64,000 nt of DNA from Selaginella moellendorffii (Eukaryota; Plantae; Lycopodiophyta), in assembly GCF_000143415.4 (NCBI RefSeq), contig NW_003314266.1:2947964-3011963 (forward strand). The letters are read 5' to 3'. The position numbers and the translations under genes are program-made. Under the pieces are notes generated by a model. That model did no database searches and had not been told where the DNA came from. It saw only the letters and a list, made by a program, of their open reading frames with translations. Positions 1 to 13,105 of this stretch are shown piece after piece; position 1 is the stretch's first letter; each line of letters starts with the position of its first letter.

Positions 1-227
1 TATATGTCGGAATCAAGTTCAACCTGCAAAGTTAAACAGATCATAAGGTGTGTAAACACAATTAAGATGAGAGTACCTTAGCCCAAACAAGATTCGTCAA
101 AGCTTCTCCAAGTGCCAGCCTAGTCTTAGCTGCAGGATTCAGCAGTCCCTGCAAATTGTCTTCAGAAAAAAGTAAAGAATTTTTAATCTACCTTGATCGG
201 TTGTTCACCAATAGCGCAAGCAGCATG
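1..227 (-). pseudogene. PUR4: 5'-truncated fragment of phosphoribosylformylglycinamidine synthase (FGAMS/PurL), runs off the left window edge
   Basis: Manual minus-strand translation: exon ~227-192 AACAIGEQPIK, GT-AG intron, exon 148-77 GLLNPAAKTRLALGEALTNLVWAK, intron, exon from 24. Matches the conserved FGAMS GEQPIKGLL..ARLAVGEALTNLVWAK segment. Upstream is an in-frame TAA and a microsatellite instead of the rest of the gene. Confidence 0.7.
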
Positions 228-243
228 TTGCCCTTAGCAAGCT

Positions 244-296
244 TGGACACATCCTTGACATGTCCTTGACACATCCTTGACACACACACACACACA
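244..296. repeat. Short TCCTTGACA repeats plus (CA)n microsatellite
   Basis: Directly visible: atccttgaca tgtccttgac acatccttga cacacacaca... Confidence 0.85.
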
Positions 297-1956
297 GAGC
301 GCTTACAATCTGCCCGATTGCCCTAAAGAAATTTCACTTGATTTGGAGCGTCATTAAAATCAAAATTGAAGCGTTGCCACCCTTTTGGCGATCTTTGCCA
401 TCTATTTGAAGGTTTTGAATTTGAACAGTTAGATTATAAGCATATTCAGAAATAATATTCTAAAAATGGAATAAAAGACGCCAGATGCCATATGCCAATA
501 GCACATTTAAATTAGGGAGTATGATACTAACATATAAAAGTGTTTATGACAGTATATAAATTATAAATATGTTTATAAATTATAAATATAATTTTTTTAA
601 ATTAATAAAAACCGTTAAATGGTAAAATATTATAAAATATTTAAGTATATTCTAGGTATATTCCATGTATAAGGTTTGCTTAAGCAAACCAAAATTCTTG
701 CTTCATAAAATAAAGTAATTGATTAGAAGGGAGGTTATTCCTTTTAACTAGTCATTAAAATTATGTAAAAATAATAGATGTTATAAATTACAAAAAATTA
801 GAGAAAAATAAACAACTTGGCATTGGTTACCAAAAATGTTTCTAATCACTTTCTACTTGGAGGAAAGTTTGGAAGTTTCATGTCAATCTGATTAATTCCT
901 TGCTATAATTTTTCTTTTCTTTTCATAAGAACTAAATTGAAAGTGTTGAAATACCAAGTGCTAGAGAATACCCTTTGCACTATTAGATGTCTTCACTACT
1001 TCCATAAGATTACCTAGGAAGGATAATTGACTGAGATATCAAAGCCTTCAAGCTCTAATATATTACTCTATCTTTTGAGTAATTTTGATCAAGTAAACAA
1101 CTTTTAATGAAAAAAACTTAAGAAGTAGAATAAATTGGTTTGAGAGTACCTCTACATATGCAATGTTGTGGAAATGTCAATCTCTACATATGCCTTATTG
1201 AAATCTCCTTGGCAACATAATATAGATGGATTGACTCTTAAATTAAACACATTGAAAATGTTGTATTTGTTACTATTCAACAATGTTGATGCAAGGCTAG
1301 GAAGCCTATAGGATCAAGCCTATGCAAACACTCACTCATTTTCATGACCAGTTGTCTTGTTGCACTTGGTTATGGTGTCTTATCACTAAGGCAATGCCAT
1401 ATTAGTGTATGGTAAATCTCACAGAACCTAGCATTAATTAAAAAATATATAAATAATTATATGATGTAGTTAAGAATGGTAAAAGTATTGAGAAATTTAT
1501 TGAACAAGTTGATTAATATTATTTTTAATTGCCCAAAGCAAATCATTTGTAAGCAACCCAAGAGAATGATTAAAAAGATGGTCTATAATGGTTTAAATAT
1601 AAAGGAAAAAGGCACATGAATAAAAAAATGTGAGCTCATATATTAAGGTTTGAGTAATATTGGGATAAGTGATATTTTTAATCGGTTAACAGTCTTGGGA
1701 TACTTAGAGTTAAGCATTATTTGATTTGAATAATATTGGGTTGAGTGACTTCCTGAGAAATTTAAATTTAGGAGTTTACATTTGGTATTAGAAGGATCTC
1801 AAGTCCAAATTCAAGAACTTACATTTAGTATTAAAAAAGTCTCAAATTTAACTGTTATTCAAAGTTTATATCACCATTATCCATCTCCTTATATCATGTC
1901 CTTAAATGTTTACATGTAAAACTGCTATTTAATCACTTTTGTCAAGATCCTTTATT

Positions 1957-2073
1957 AAATAGTTCATTTTCTAGTGATCCCAAAAAACTTGTGATCAAAT
2001 GGTTCATTTTCTAGTGATCCCAAGAAACTTGTGATCAAATGGTTCATTTTTTAGTGATCCCAAGAAACTTGTG
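1957..2073. repeat. 40-bp tandem repeat, ~2.9 copies
   Basis: Unit AAATGGTTCATTTTCTAGTGATCCCAAGAAACTTGTGATC repeated head-to-tail with 1-2 mismatches, no spacers. Confidence 0.92.
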
Positions 2074-5000
2074 CTTTTTAAATTTGTAATTTTAATCAAG
2101 CCATCTTGTGGAAACCAAATGGATAGAATATACCGATTAAAAGGCATTTATGACTTTTAATTCATTCTCATATACATTGATGGGATAAGCCTCTTAAGTA
2201 AAATGACTTAGTTTTTCCATACTACTTTCAATGATCTTTTATAGTGGTGCAAATAAACAAAAATTACAAAATAGGAAAAAGAAAATTCAATAAGAAAAAG
2301 AATCTTTTTTGCTTGATATGTAATGTGTAAGGTACCCTTAAGTTAGCAAATGAGTTAGGCAGCTCCAAGATGATATTTAAGCTCCTTTAGCTAGTGGAGG
2401 TTACCAATCGAGGGCAACATTAAAATTAAATCACTATGCCTTAGAAATGAACTTTTATATAAAAGTTTGGCAAATACTTCCTTACCACACTATAGTGGTG
2501 TTTAGAGCTAGAGTTTGAAATTTTTTTAGAAATCCAATACTTAAGATTGTGTGTTTAGTTAAATATAATAAAAGAAAATGTTGTGATATCTAAATATATT
2601 AACATATACTATTATTAGCATAGTGGGATTCAATTTTCTCCTTAGGATTTTAGGCATATTTTTGGATTCCAGGTAACTTTAGTTATCCATAAATAATGCT
2701 CAAATTTATGCATTTTTGCTTAGATCTTCTATATCACTTCAAATCTAACTTTTTTTTCTTCTTTTTATTCATATATGAGTATAGAAGCAACCTCTTCCTT
2801 TGTTTGTGGTATAGCAACTCATGTTATTACTCAAAACTATGTGGGTATAGTTGAACAATCAAAGTTAATTAATGGTGACATTAATGGTATATACTCCTTA
2901 CATCCAACTAGAGTTTTTATGTGAGAATCATGAAGATGATATATACCTTTAATTTGATCACTTCAAAATGATTGCCACTTATCATTCTTAGTTTTTGCAC
3001 AAATTTCCCACTTATCTTCAAAGGATGACAATGCAATAATACAATAGTTTAAATGTGGTAGATTGAAGCATTCTCTTATAGTGTGTATTTATGTATGCTA
3101 ATGATTATAACAATACTTTCCATCATCTCCTTTAGGGATCATTTGAGTTAGTTATACAATTTAGTGTTTGCTTCCAAAGCCTTTTACTTTATGTGGAGCC
3201 ACATATGTAAAAGTGAATTAAGTTAGGTGTATTATTGCTAACACTTTATTAGGATTTTGTGGGGTTTATGTAAGCGATTAAATTTTTTATTCTACTTTAG
3301 TAGCTTAACTACACCTTTGACCATTTAAAGGAGTCTAACTCACAACCTCCATAAATCTTATTCCCGACTTGGGGATATGCTAGCCCCGTGAATGGCATTT
3401 AAGCCACTCAGCCTTTGCATTGGTCCAAGTGCTCCACATATTTGATCCCATAACAGACACCTTAATGGTACCATTGACATCTCAATTTGTTACACTAAGG
3501 CTATATTCATTTACCCTTGTCTCATTATTAATCCAAAACCACCCATATTATAATTTCATCTCTCCAAGACTGAGCCATCTATATATGAGTGGTTATCCCA
3601 AGACCATAGCTTAGCATCCTAAGGATGCTTGGAGACATGGAGAATACCTTTCCTCAATGTCCCTTCTTCGGTCTCTATCAAGTCCTTTTTCATCTATAGT
3701 CATGCTTAAGGCTTGATGGCCCGACCACTAAATCCCATTAACCTCTAAGACTTCCTCATTGCATAACCATGCCTTTGGTCACTATGGATGAGGATTGGCC
3801 CTTTTCCTTTCTATAGTCTAAGATTTTGGGACAATATTTTGAAACACCATGACTTTATGCAAGCCTCATGAATACTATGTCCACCTTTATTTCGATAAGC
3901 CACACCAAGTATCCAAGTAAGTAGTGCCACCTACTCTTGGATTGGAAACATCATCCATTCAATCTTTTGGGGGAGTTAGAGTCGGCTTTTGAACACTTCA
4001 CCAAGTTATCCTAAAGTTTTTAACACTAATATTTCCATACTTGAGAGATATAATTTATCTGTCTATATTCACTCTAGCCTTGGACTCCTCAATGGTTATA
4101 TTATCACTCACCATAGAGGGTATAGCCTTCTTTAGTCACACTAGCCTTTCCCTAGCTCCATTAGAGTCTTTCCCCTAGTATACTTTTGGGAGACGATCGC
4201 TTTGGGCTTTCACCCTTAGACTCAGACATGGACTTAGACTTAGGCTCAGATTCGAACTGGGACTCGGTCTCGATCTTGGTCTTGGTCTCAGTCTCGGTCT
4301 CAATCTCAGGCATAGTCTTGATCCCCATCTTGGACTCTATCTTGGATTCCATCTCAAACTCCATCATAGACTCCTTGGGCTTCATCTCAGACTTCATCTT
4401 AGGTCCATCTCAAATTCCTTCTTAACTCTATCTTAAACTCCATTTTCGGTCCATTTTAGACTCCATCTTGGGTCTAACTCAAACTCCATCTCAAGTCTAT
4501 CTCAAATCCATCTCAAACTTAGTCCTGACACTTTCATTTGTTATGTATTGGTTCTTTTATATCTCATTTTTAGAGGCTCACTTATTGGTTGCTTTGTGTT
4601 TTTTCTTCAAACACTTCTTTAGGAGTTCCACTCCCGCTCTTGACTTTTCAAGTTGGAACTTTTAATCCAAATGTATTATGCTCGTTTGCTTTTGCTTCAG
4701 CCACTACCAAGTGGCACCCTCTCAACTCCATTTTGGGGGTTAAGGATTTGTGTTTCATAGGGTTTATACATGTACTTGCTCTAACAACCCTTGACAATAC
4801 TCTTTAGTTGACACAATGTTATAAAATATATTCTTTACCACTTATAATATATCATTTCTCCACTTCTTGTGGGGGATGGTTTTGCTCAAATGAAAGTTGA
4901 TAATACTATTATTTATATTCAAGGAAAAAAATGTGAAGAAGGTTGTAATGTTTGTTATTATGCATATAACAATATAGTGGCAATTGTAGGCATTTCTTGG

Positions 5001-6796
5001 ATTGACGTTCTCTACTTAGATGTGTCAATAATGTTTAGTTGGTGTTGTGGTGGTGGAAAGACTTAATATAAAAGTATTTTGTTGAAAGGATAAAAATAGT
5101 GGAAGATCTTTGCATTCAAGAGTACTATCAAAAGGTTCATGTGACACTAGTTAATATAATGTTTAATTTCCAAGGTCACTTTTATAACAAGAGTCCCTTA
5201 TTATCTTAGTTCAAGTTTATATTTTATTGCTCAACTTATTATGATATATTGTCATCTACTTTTGTGCCATGTGATAAAGATAAATTTGAGTTTTAATTGT
5301 TGCAAATGATACGAGTCAAGCTTATGATCTCATCCTTAGTGTGTATTGTTATAAATAAAATCATGTTAAGTGTAACTTTGAAACATTTCCCCTTTTTTGT
5401 ATTTATTTGTATCTTTTTAATTCCTCTCATTTATTTTTATTTTATTTTTATGCTTCCATCACTTTCATCTCACTATTATTTCCTGCTATTTTTCATGTCT
5501 TCCTATTTCATTTCCTAATCTCTCTAATGGTCTTAGTGATCCTACATTTTATATGTATTTTGGGGCCAAATTGCAACAAGGCATCCTATTTTAACTGGGA
5601 TGCTCATCCAATCAAGATTTCCATTTAGTATTGGTCACTCAAAGAATTGAGATGTTGGAGAAGGGCATTATTTTGAAGTATCAAAGTTCATAAGCATGTA
5701 AATTTCATCTATTGACAAAACTTAATGCTGGTTTTACATTTTAAAATTTTAATGTTTAATACTAATGCTCTCTCACCATTTTCTCTCAATTCTTTTTCTT
5801 AAAGAGCTTATTTTTTCAGTGTTAATGGATTTTCTAGATGAAGATTTTATATTTTTGTGTTTGATATAAGTGTCTAAAAAGTGTAAAATTAGATTTTTCT
5901 GTTTTTATACAAGGTTTATGAGGCTCAAAAGGTTGAGCCATAGATTTAAAAAATTTATGATAGATTTAAGAATTTTGCATCACCTGTTAATGATTTATCA
6001 TTCTGGCATTTATATTATCAATATTGCCTTTAGAATAACCTCTTCATTTTCTGGGGACTAAAATAGATAATAATTTGCAATTAGTAGTACCTTTGGTCTT
6101 TATTCTATGTTTTCTTCATACTTATCATACCTCTCCTATTTTAGATGAGCACCTAGGACATTGTTATGTGATTGAGAAGTATTAGCTATAGATTCAATAA
6201 AATATCATCTAACATGTGCATAATTATATCTAGTGTTAAGCTTATAATACTCTTGTTGTGCTACAAAAAAACCATTGTCATGAATTGTAATTTCCCATCT
6301 ATTTAAGTTGATGGTGTTCAATTTGATGAGGCCTTTCCATGATCAACTATTAATAATGAGTTATATTATGATTGCTTTTAACTACATGACTTATTGGATG
6401 GTAGTTAGTGTTTTAGCATCTCCTCTAACATCACTGATAATCTTGCTCACTACCTAGCCAAGTTTTATGTCTGGTAAGAATTTGGTAGCATGGGTGGGAA
6501 TATAATTGTGCATAAACCTCCTTAGTAGACCTTATTTTGGAGACATAGTACCACACCTCTATCCAATGCCTTGAAGAACCCTAAAGTTTTACCAATTTTA
6601 TTAAAAATTCACATATTTTACAATTATACCCTTTAATTTTTTAATGATTTGACCAAACCACATTCACAAAAAGTGTATCCCTCTTTATCTAAGATTTCAA
6701 AACATGAAATGAATCATCTATAAATATAAGACCATTATCTAAGGGAATTTAATTGGGATAAGAATTCTAGAGGGATGGCTGTTTATTGTCTCTTTG

Positions 6797-6818
6797 ATAT
6801 ATATATATATATATATAT
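6797..6818. repeat. (AT)n microsatellite
   Basis: Directly visible run. Confidence 0.9.
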
Positions 6819-8392
6819 GGGAGGGGCAAATTATTAGTACTATATAAAATTTCTATATTTCCAACAAAATTAGATTTACCATTGCAATTGCTTCAAATTA
6901 CTAATGTTAGGTCCTAAAATTAGTATTTAAATAATATTCTTCCATTAGTCCAAATAAAGTCTATAGAAAATACTAATGAATAATGTAATGTTAGTTTATT
7001 TTCCCAATCTTATGGTACATAGTTTGTATAGAGGTTTCTTGCTTAGTGAAAAAGGACTATATTGAGTGCTCTAAGTTTATAAAACTGGACACAACATTTG
7101 ATCTTGTAGAAATTATGCATATGCAACAACTAAAACACTTTTTACAAAGGAATCAAGAATAAATTGCACTACCTGCAATACCTCCTTATGACATTCTTTT
7201 AAAAAACCCTAATTGAGAAAAGGTTTAGTATGATGCCATATATTATTATTGAACCACTCGTCCTTGTATATAAACTAGAGTTTGGGCTAATTCAAATATG
7301 CAATTGTAAGTTTTCACATTAGTGGAAATAAGGGATAACTCTAATTTATCTATAAGGATCACTCAAGATTTATGTTTTGCTTTTGCCTAAATCTTCTTTA
7401 TCTTTTCAAAGGACTCTTTCCACTAAATTTATTTCACTCTTATAAATCTAGCTTCTTTTCATTCATAGTTGAAGAGTAAGCACCTTTGCAGTAGCCTCCT
7501 CTTTGTTGTGGAGCAATAACTCATACAATTGTTCAATGCTATATAGTGGGTACAACAATTATTAGATGGTGGAATTTGTTAAAATATAATAAGAAATTTC
7601 ATAAATTATAAAATTATTTATGATTTATAAAGATAATTTAATCTAAATATAATATTATACTAGAATATCAATGCATTTTCTAGGTTTTCCTATAGATTTG
7701 GAAAAATACTTACAAATTTATTTCATATTTGAGAAAGTTTATACATATTTATAATTTATCAACACAGGATTAATCTAAATATATATCAAGTAAAACTTGC
7801 CACTCATAAGTCACAAGTTTGTGGAAAGTGTTTGATATTTTCAGGTTAAATTCTTCCTTGTAGAACGTGCTATTGCACAGGTTTCCCTTCTTTTTATTTG
7901 AATTTATATTTAGCTAAGATTTGATGCCAATTTTATTTATTTGATTTTATTATTCCAGCTTTGTTGATTCTTTTGATACATTCTTCATTTGATACCTGTT
8001 TTATCTACAATAGAATACTATATTCTTGCTTAGTTGCTCATTTTAACAAATAAATCTCAAGGAATATATCTATGTTCTTAAAAGTTGGTAAATATATTTA
8101 TCTCTAAATAATAAAATAATAAAATAATAATAGAATTAATTTAGGTAAAATACAAAAATAAATATAGAGGATTCTTATATAAGCCTTCACATTAATTTAA
8201 TTTTAAATTAATTATTTCATAATTATCTTGGAGCATTAGAATAAAATAATTTTATTATAAAAAATTAAATATTTTTCAAAAAGTTTAAAATATTGATATT
8301 GGTATTATAAACTAGATTAGCTCAATTTGCTATAATCTGGACCATCCAATATTTCTATAAGTATGGTTCTAGTATTTATTTAAAAAGGTATT

Positions 8393-9316
8393 ATGGCTTT
8401 AGGCATTATACTAATGTTTTTATTTAGATCAATTAATGCTCCTGAGGTTGGCTTTAGACCAGAAGATACAGATTATATAAATTCAAATGCTACAAATAGG
8501 ATTATATCAGCTCTACTTTTAATGGTAAGAGCTAAAATTCCTCCTCATGCAGAAGTTCCATTAGGTCAAGGTATCAAAGGTGAGGTAACTTTGCCAGATG
8601 AAATATATGGTAAAATAAGTGTAAATATACAAATATGGCTTTATAGCCATGAAAGAGAGAAAAGTTTCAGGCATTGTTCTGCTTATCCTACTGGAGAGAA
8701 TGGTAATACTACTGCCATTATATTAGATTTACTTTACTTATTAATGTATTACCGTCCTATTCTTATATCTTTAGGTTCTAGATTAATTGCTTTAACATCA
8801 GGGATCTATGGTATTTACTATTGGGTTAGAAATGTAACTCCAGCAAGGCAACCTGGCTCTAGAACATCAAATCAATTTATTAATACATCAAATAAAATTT
8901 ACAATTTTAATGATTGTCATATTTCCTTGAATACATTAATTAGCTCTACAATTCATAATATTTTATTAGAATTCCATTTTATAACATCTCCAAATCAAAA
9001 AGCATACTTATATTTGCATCCTAATTGCAAATTAGAATTATATATTGGAAATAAATCAAAATGGTTTAAATCAGGTAATTATATAAAATGTTATCTTGTA
9101 TTACAGGATGATGGAAATATAGTTTTATATAGCATAAACAACAAAATTGTGTGGTCACCAAATGAATATTGCTATCCCCAACCAAATTGTGTGATGAACT
9201 CATATCTTTCATTACAAAACAATTGTAATTTAGTTTTATACCAAAATATACAAGATACGTTTTCTAAAGTACCAAGAGTTCAAATCCTTTGGTCAACTAA
9301 TACTTTTTGTAATTAA
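8393..9316 (+). CDS. Predicted secreted protein: signal-peptide-like N-terminus + unrecognised ~150-aa domain + C-terminal bulb-type (GNA) mannose-binding lectin domain, copy 1
   Basis: Intronless 307-aa ORF. Canonical QxDxNxVxY site (QDDGNIVLY), second degenerate site (QNNCNLVLY) and terminal ILWST motif. ORF preserved in both copies. Confidence 0.75.
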   Translation: MALGIILMFLFRSINAPEVGFRPEDTDYINSNATNRIISALLLMVRAKIPPHAEVPLGQGIKGEVTLPDEIYGKISVNIQIWLYSHEREKSFRHCSAYPTGENGNTTAIILDLLYLLMYYRPILISLGSRLIALTSGIYGIYYWVRNVTPARQPGSRTSNQFINTSNKIYNFNDCHISLNTLISSTIHNILLEFHFITSPNQKAYLYLHPNCKLELYIGNKSKWFKSGNYIKCYLVLQDDGNIVLYSINNKIVWSPNEYCYPQPNCVMNSYLSLQNNCNLVLYQNIQDTFSKVPRVQILWSTNTFCN

Positions 9317-9555
9317 GAAACATTAATATAGAATTATTATTTATCCCAATCTTCTACTTCATTCCAATGTCTGTGTCTGTGGTACACAAAGTAATGCTTG
9401 AAAGAGTAAATTTGGAAATTCCTGGAAATGCCAGCACCGAACACATCATCCCGCCCAGTGGAGATTGAAGCAAGGAATTGCTTCACAAGACATGCCAATT
9501 TTTTGTTTTTTTCTTTTGTAAGGTTCGATAGAACGAAAATGGATGCTTGAATTTC

Positions 9556-11185
9556 ACTCTACAAGACTGTTTAGGCCAGCTCGAGCAAGCAGATCGATCA
9601 TGCACATAAAAATGGTCTTGAACCGGCTGGATCCCGAAGTCTAGCTGCATGGACACGAAGAAGGAGCAGCCATCTTCGTATCGCCCTCCATGGCTGCAAG
9701 AGAAGATGACGCTCACGAACGTGATCTCGTCTGGATCAACACCTCGCAAGACCATCGCCACGAACAGCTCCAGCGCCTCCCAGAAGCAGCCGTTTTTGGA
9801 GTACGAAGCCATCATCGTGTTCCAAGCGACGAGGTGGTTTGGAGCCGGGATTTGCTCGAACACCTCTCGCGATTCCTCCAGGTTCCCACACTTCGCATAG
9901 AGATTCATGAGAGCGTTCCCGACAACGATGTCCCGATCCAATCCGGCCTCCACAACCGCGGCGTGGATCATCCGTCCCTCCACGATCGATGGAATGCTCG
10001 CACAGGCGTCTAGCACGCCCACGTAGCTGAAATTATCGGGATGGAAGCCCTCCACCACCATTCTCTTGAAGAATTTGAGCGATTCGACATGGCCACCCTC
10101 GCCAGAGCTCGAAGAAGCGTACATCGCGATCATGATGTTCCACGAGTTGAGATCCTGCGTGATCATGGCATCGAACATCTCCCTGGCTTTGGAGAGGCGC
10201 CTGTTCTGCGCGTAAGCCGTGACCATCGCATTCCACGACACAGTGTTCTTCACGGGCATGTCTTGGGACACGGCCTCGGCATCTGCAAGATGCCCGTTCT
10301 GGGCATACGCAGCAACCATCGCCGTCCACGTCACTACATTCTTCTCGGGCATCTCCTGAAAGACTTGAAACGCTTCTTGGGCACTTCCACACTTCCCATA
10401 CATGTCTACGAGCGCGGTCCCCAGCACGACGTCGCACTTGTAGTCTTCCCCGGAAGCGACGATCGTGGAGTGGATGATCTTCGCTACTGCATTTCCCGCA
10501 GGCGCATCTAGAGCTTGGATCACACTCAGATATGATACCTTGTCCGGCCCAACTCCCTGGAAATCCATCTCTCGAAACAGCTCCAGCGCCTCTTGCATAA
10601 GCCCATTCTGGGCAAATGCTGCTACCATCGCGTTCTAGGCCACCACGTCTCGAACTGGCATATGGCGGAACAATGATCTTGCGTCGTCGAGGTTGCAGCT
10701 TTGCTCGCAAGCAACCAAAATTGCCGTCCAGGAAATGGCGTCCCAAAGAGGCATCTTGCTGAACAGCGTACGTGTCTACTGCAACTGCCCGTTCTGGGCA
10801 AATGCGGAGATCATCGTGTTGAGCGAGTAAATGTTGGGTGTCTCGATGCGCTCGAACGCGGCGATGGCGTCGCCGAGTCTCCCACACTTTCCGTACATCT
10901 GGATGAGGTTGTTTCCCAGATACGTATCGTGGTCGTAGCCGGCGAGCGCCATTCGTTCGTGGAGCCGGCGACCATCTCCCAGTGCCTTGGCGCTGGCGCA
11001 CCGCCGGAGGAGAGATCCAAATCTTCCCACATCGATCGCGTTCTTTCCAGAGTCGCGGAGGAGGAGCCCATCGATCGCCTGCTTGAGCTGCTCGCGCAAA
11101 CTCTTGCCGCTTAATCTGGGCGATGCTGCTGCTGCTGCTGCTGCTGGATGCTCGTCGTCGCAGCTTAAGTTCTTGCCCACCACTT
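9556..11185 (-). pseudogene. PLS-class PPR pseudogene (duplicate of 13106-14962)
   Basis: Relative to the intact copy: 5' truncation at ~11185, CAG>TAG at 10776-10778, TGG>TAG at 10635-10637, +1 A frameshift at ~9608-9612 and a 147-bp deletion at 9574/9575. Confidence 0.9.
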
Positions 11186-11944
11186 TTCCTAAATACCAAG
11201 TTTAAACTCCATTGGTAATATTAGTCTTGCTTGAACTCTATTGTCCACCAAAGTGTTATGATTAATTGCATAATAAGTAGTAGTTCCATGGTAAAGGTAA
11301 TATATAACTCTAGTACATTAGTGTTTGGTATTGAATAATATCATTTCTTCAAATGCCAACTTAAAAGATTTTATAACTTGCCTCCAACCTTCAAGGAGGT
11401 ATTAAGATTTTAATATATAAATAATTTTGTTTTATAGATCACAATCACTTGGAGTTTTTAGAGCTTGAGGCTTTGGAAGTTTTTACAAGGAGCTAGACCA
11501 TTCTTGAGCCCACAAGTTAAAAAGTTGAATTTATGAGTTAAGCTTGATACAAACATTATAAGCTTTAACATATTATGGCAAATATTTTCACAACTCTCTG
11601 AATATTATATAAATATAAAGGAATACATATATTGATGGAGCTATTTGTTTGTAAATTATAAAAGAAGTAAATTTAGGTGGACTTAAATAATTAAAAGAAT
11701 TATATAAGCCACTCCATGAATGTAAGCCCTTCATATAATATTAATTTTAAATAACTATTCCAAAAATATTTTGGAGTATTAGAAAAAATGACATTGTGAG
11801 TAACAAACAATTAAATATTTGTTTTATGAAGACGTAAACATATTGAGAAACAGTGAGGTTGGCATTATAAATATCTCAATTTGTTATAATCTGGACCATC
11901 CAATATTTGTATAAGTATGTTAGTATTCCTTTAAAAAATGTATC

Positions 11945-12868
11945 ATGTCTTTAGGCATTATATTAATGTTTTTATTTAGATTAATTAATGCTCCTGAGGT
12001 TGGCTTTCGACCAGAAGATACAGATTATATAAATTCAAATACTACAAATAGGATTATATCAGCTCTGCTTTTAATGGTAAGAGCTAAAATTCCTCCTCAT
12101 GCAGCAGTACCACTAGGTCAAGGTATCAAAGCTGAGGTAATTCTACCAGATGAAATATATGGTAAAATAAGTGTGAATGTACAAATATGGCTTTATAGCC
12201 ATGAAAGAGGGAAAAGTTTCAGGCATTGTTCTGCTTATCCTACTGGAGAGAATGGTAATACTACTGCCATTATATTAGATTTACTTTACTTATTAATGTA
12301 TTACCGTCCTATTCTTATATCTTTAGGATCTAGATTAATTGCTTTAACATCAGGGATCTATGGTATTTACTATTGGGTTAGAAATGTACCTCCAGCAAGG
12401 CAACCTAGCTCTAGAACATCAAATCAATTTATTAATACATCAAATAAAATTAACAATTTTAATGATTGTCATATTTCCTTGAATACATTAATTAGCTCTA
12501 CAATTCATAATATTTTATTAGAATTCCAATTTATAACATCTCCAAATCAAAAAGCATACTTATATTTGCATCCTAATTGCAAATTAGAATTATATATTGG
12601 AAATAAATCAAAGTGGTTTAAATCAGGAAATTATATAAAATGTTATCTTGTATTACAGGATGATGGAAATCTAGTTTTATATAGCATAAACAACAAAATT
12701 GTGTGGTCACCAAATGAATATTGTTATCCCCAACCAAATTGTGTGATGAACTCATATCTTTCATTACAAAACAATTGTAATTTAGTTTTGTACCAAAATA
12801 TACAAGATACGTTTTCTAAAGTACCAAGAGTTCAAATCCTTTGGTCAACTGATACTTTTTGTAATTAA
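11945..12868 (+). CDS. Unknown-domain + GNA/bulb lectin secreted protein, copy 2
   Basis: 307-aa ORF, 14 amino-acid differences from copy 1, QDDGNLVLY motif intact. Confidence 0.75.
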   Translation: MSLGIILMFLFRLINAPEVGFRPEDTDYINSNTTNRIISALLLMVRAKIPPHAAVPLGQGIKAEVILPDEIYGKISVNVQIWLYSHERGKSFRHCSAYPTGENGNTTAIILDLLYLLMYYRPILISLGSRLIALTSGIYGIYYWVRNVPPARQPSSRTSNQFINTSNKINNFNDCHISLNTLISSTIHNILLEFQFITSPNQKAYLYLHPNCKLELYIGNKSKWFKSGNYIKCYLVLQDDGNLVLYSINNKIVWSPNEYCYPQPNCVMNSYLSLQNNCNLVLYQNIQDTFSKVPRVQILWSTDTFCN

Positions 12869-13105
12869 GAAACATTAATATAGATGTATTATTTATCCCA
12901 ATCTTCTACTTCATTCCAATGTCTGTGTCTGTGGTACACAAAGTAATGCTTGAAAGAGTAAATTTGGAAATTCCTGGAAATGCCAGCACCGAACACATCA
13001 TCCCGCCCAGTGGAGATTGAAGCAAGGAATTGCTTCACAAGACATGACAATTTTTTGTTTTTTTCTTTTGTAAGGTTCGATAGAACGAAAATGGATGCTT
13101 GAATT

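Larger units (their letters stand above)
470..8300. mobile_element. AT-rich, CpG-depleted block of decayed transposon-derived sequence (possible LINE RT relic ~940-1230 on minus; possible retroelement relic ~3300-4860)
   Basis: No long ORFs, sharp drop in GC. Minus-strand GDFNKAYVEID followed by a degenerate QG..LS-like segment resembles non-LTR RT motifs. Hexamer-repeat low-complexity stretch at 4200-4520. Family assignment uncertain. Confidence 0.4.

Noticed and set aside
1957-2073. 40-bp repeats as a CRISPR array
   Set aside because: Units are contiguous with no unique spacers, there are no cas genes, and the context is eukaryotic.
4161-4425. Overlapping ORFs on both strands (ETETK / SVSVS rich)
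   Set aside because: Products of a low-complexity hexamer repeat; no domain or gene structure.
8393-9316. Lectin gene as bacterial contamination
   Set aside because: Contiguous and co-duplicated with a plant PPR gene with no gap at the junctions; ancient horizontal origin remains open.
10033-11199. 388-aa alternative-frame ORF over the PPR pseudogene
   Set aside because: Off-frame shadow of GC-rich PPR codons; it is broken in the intact copy.
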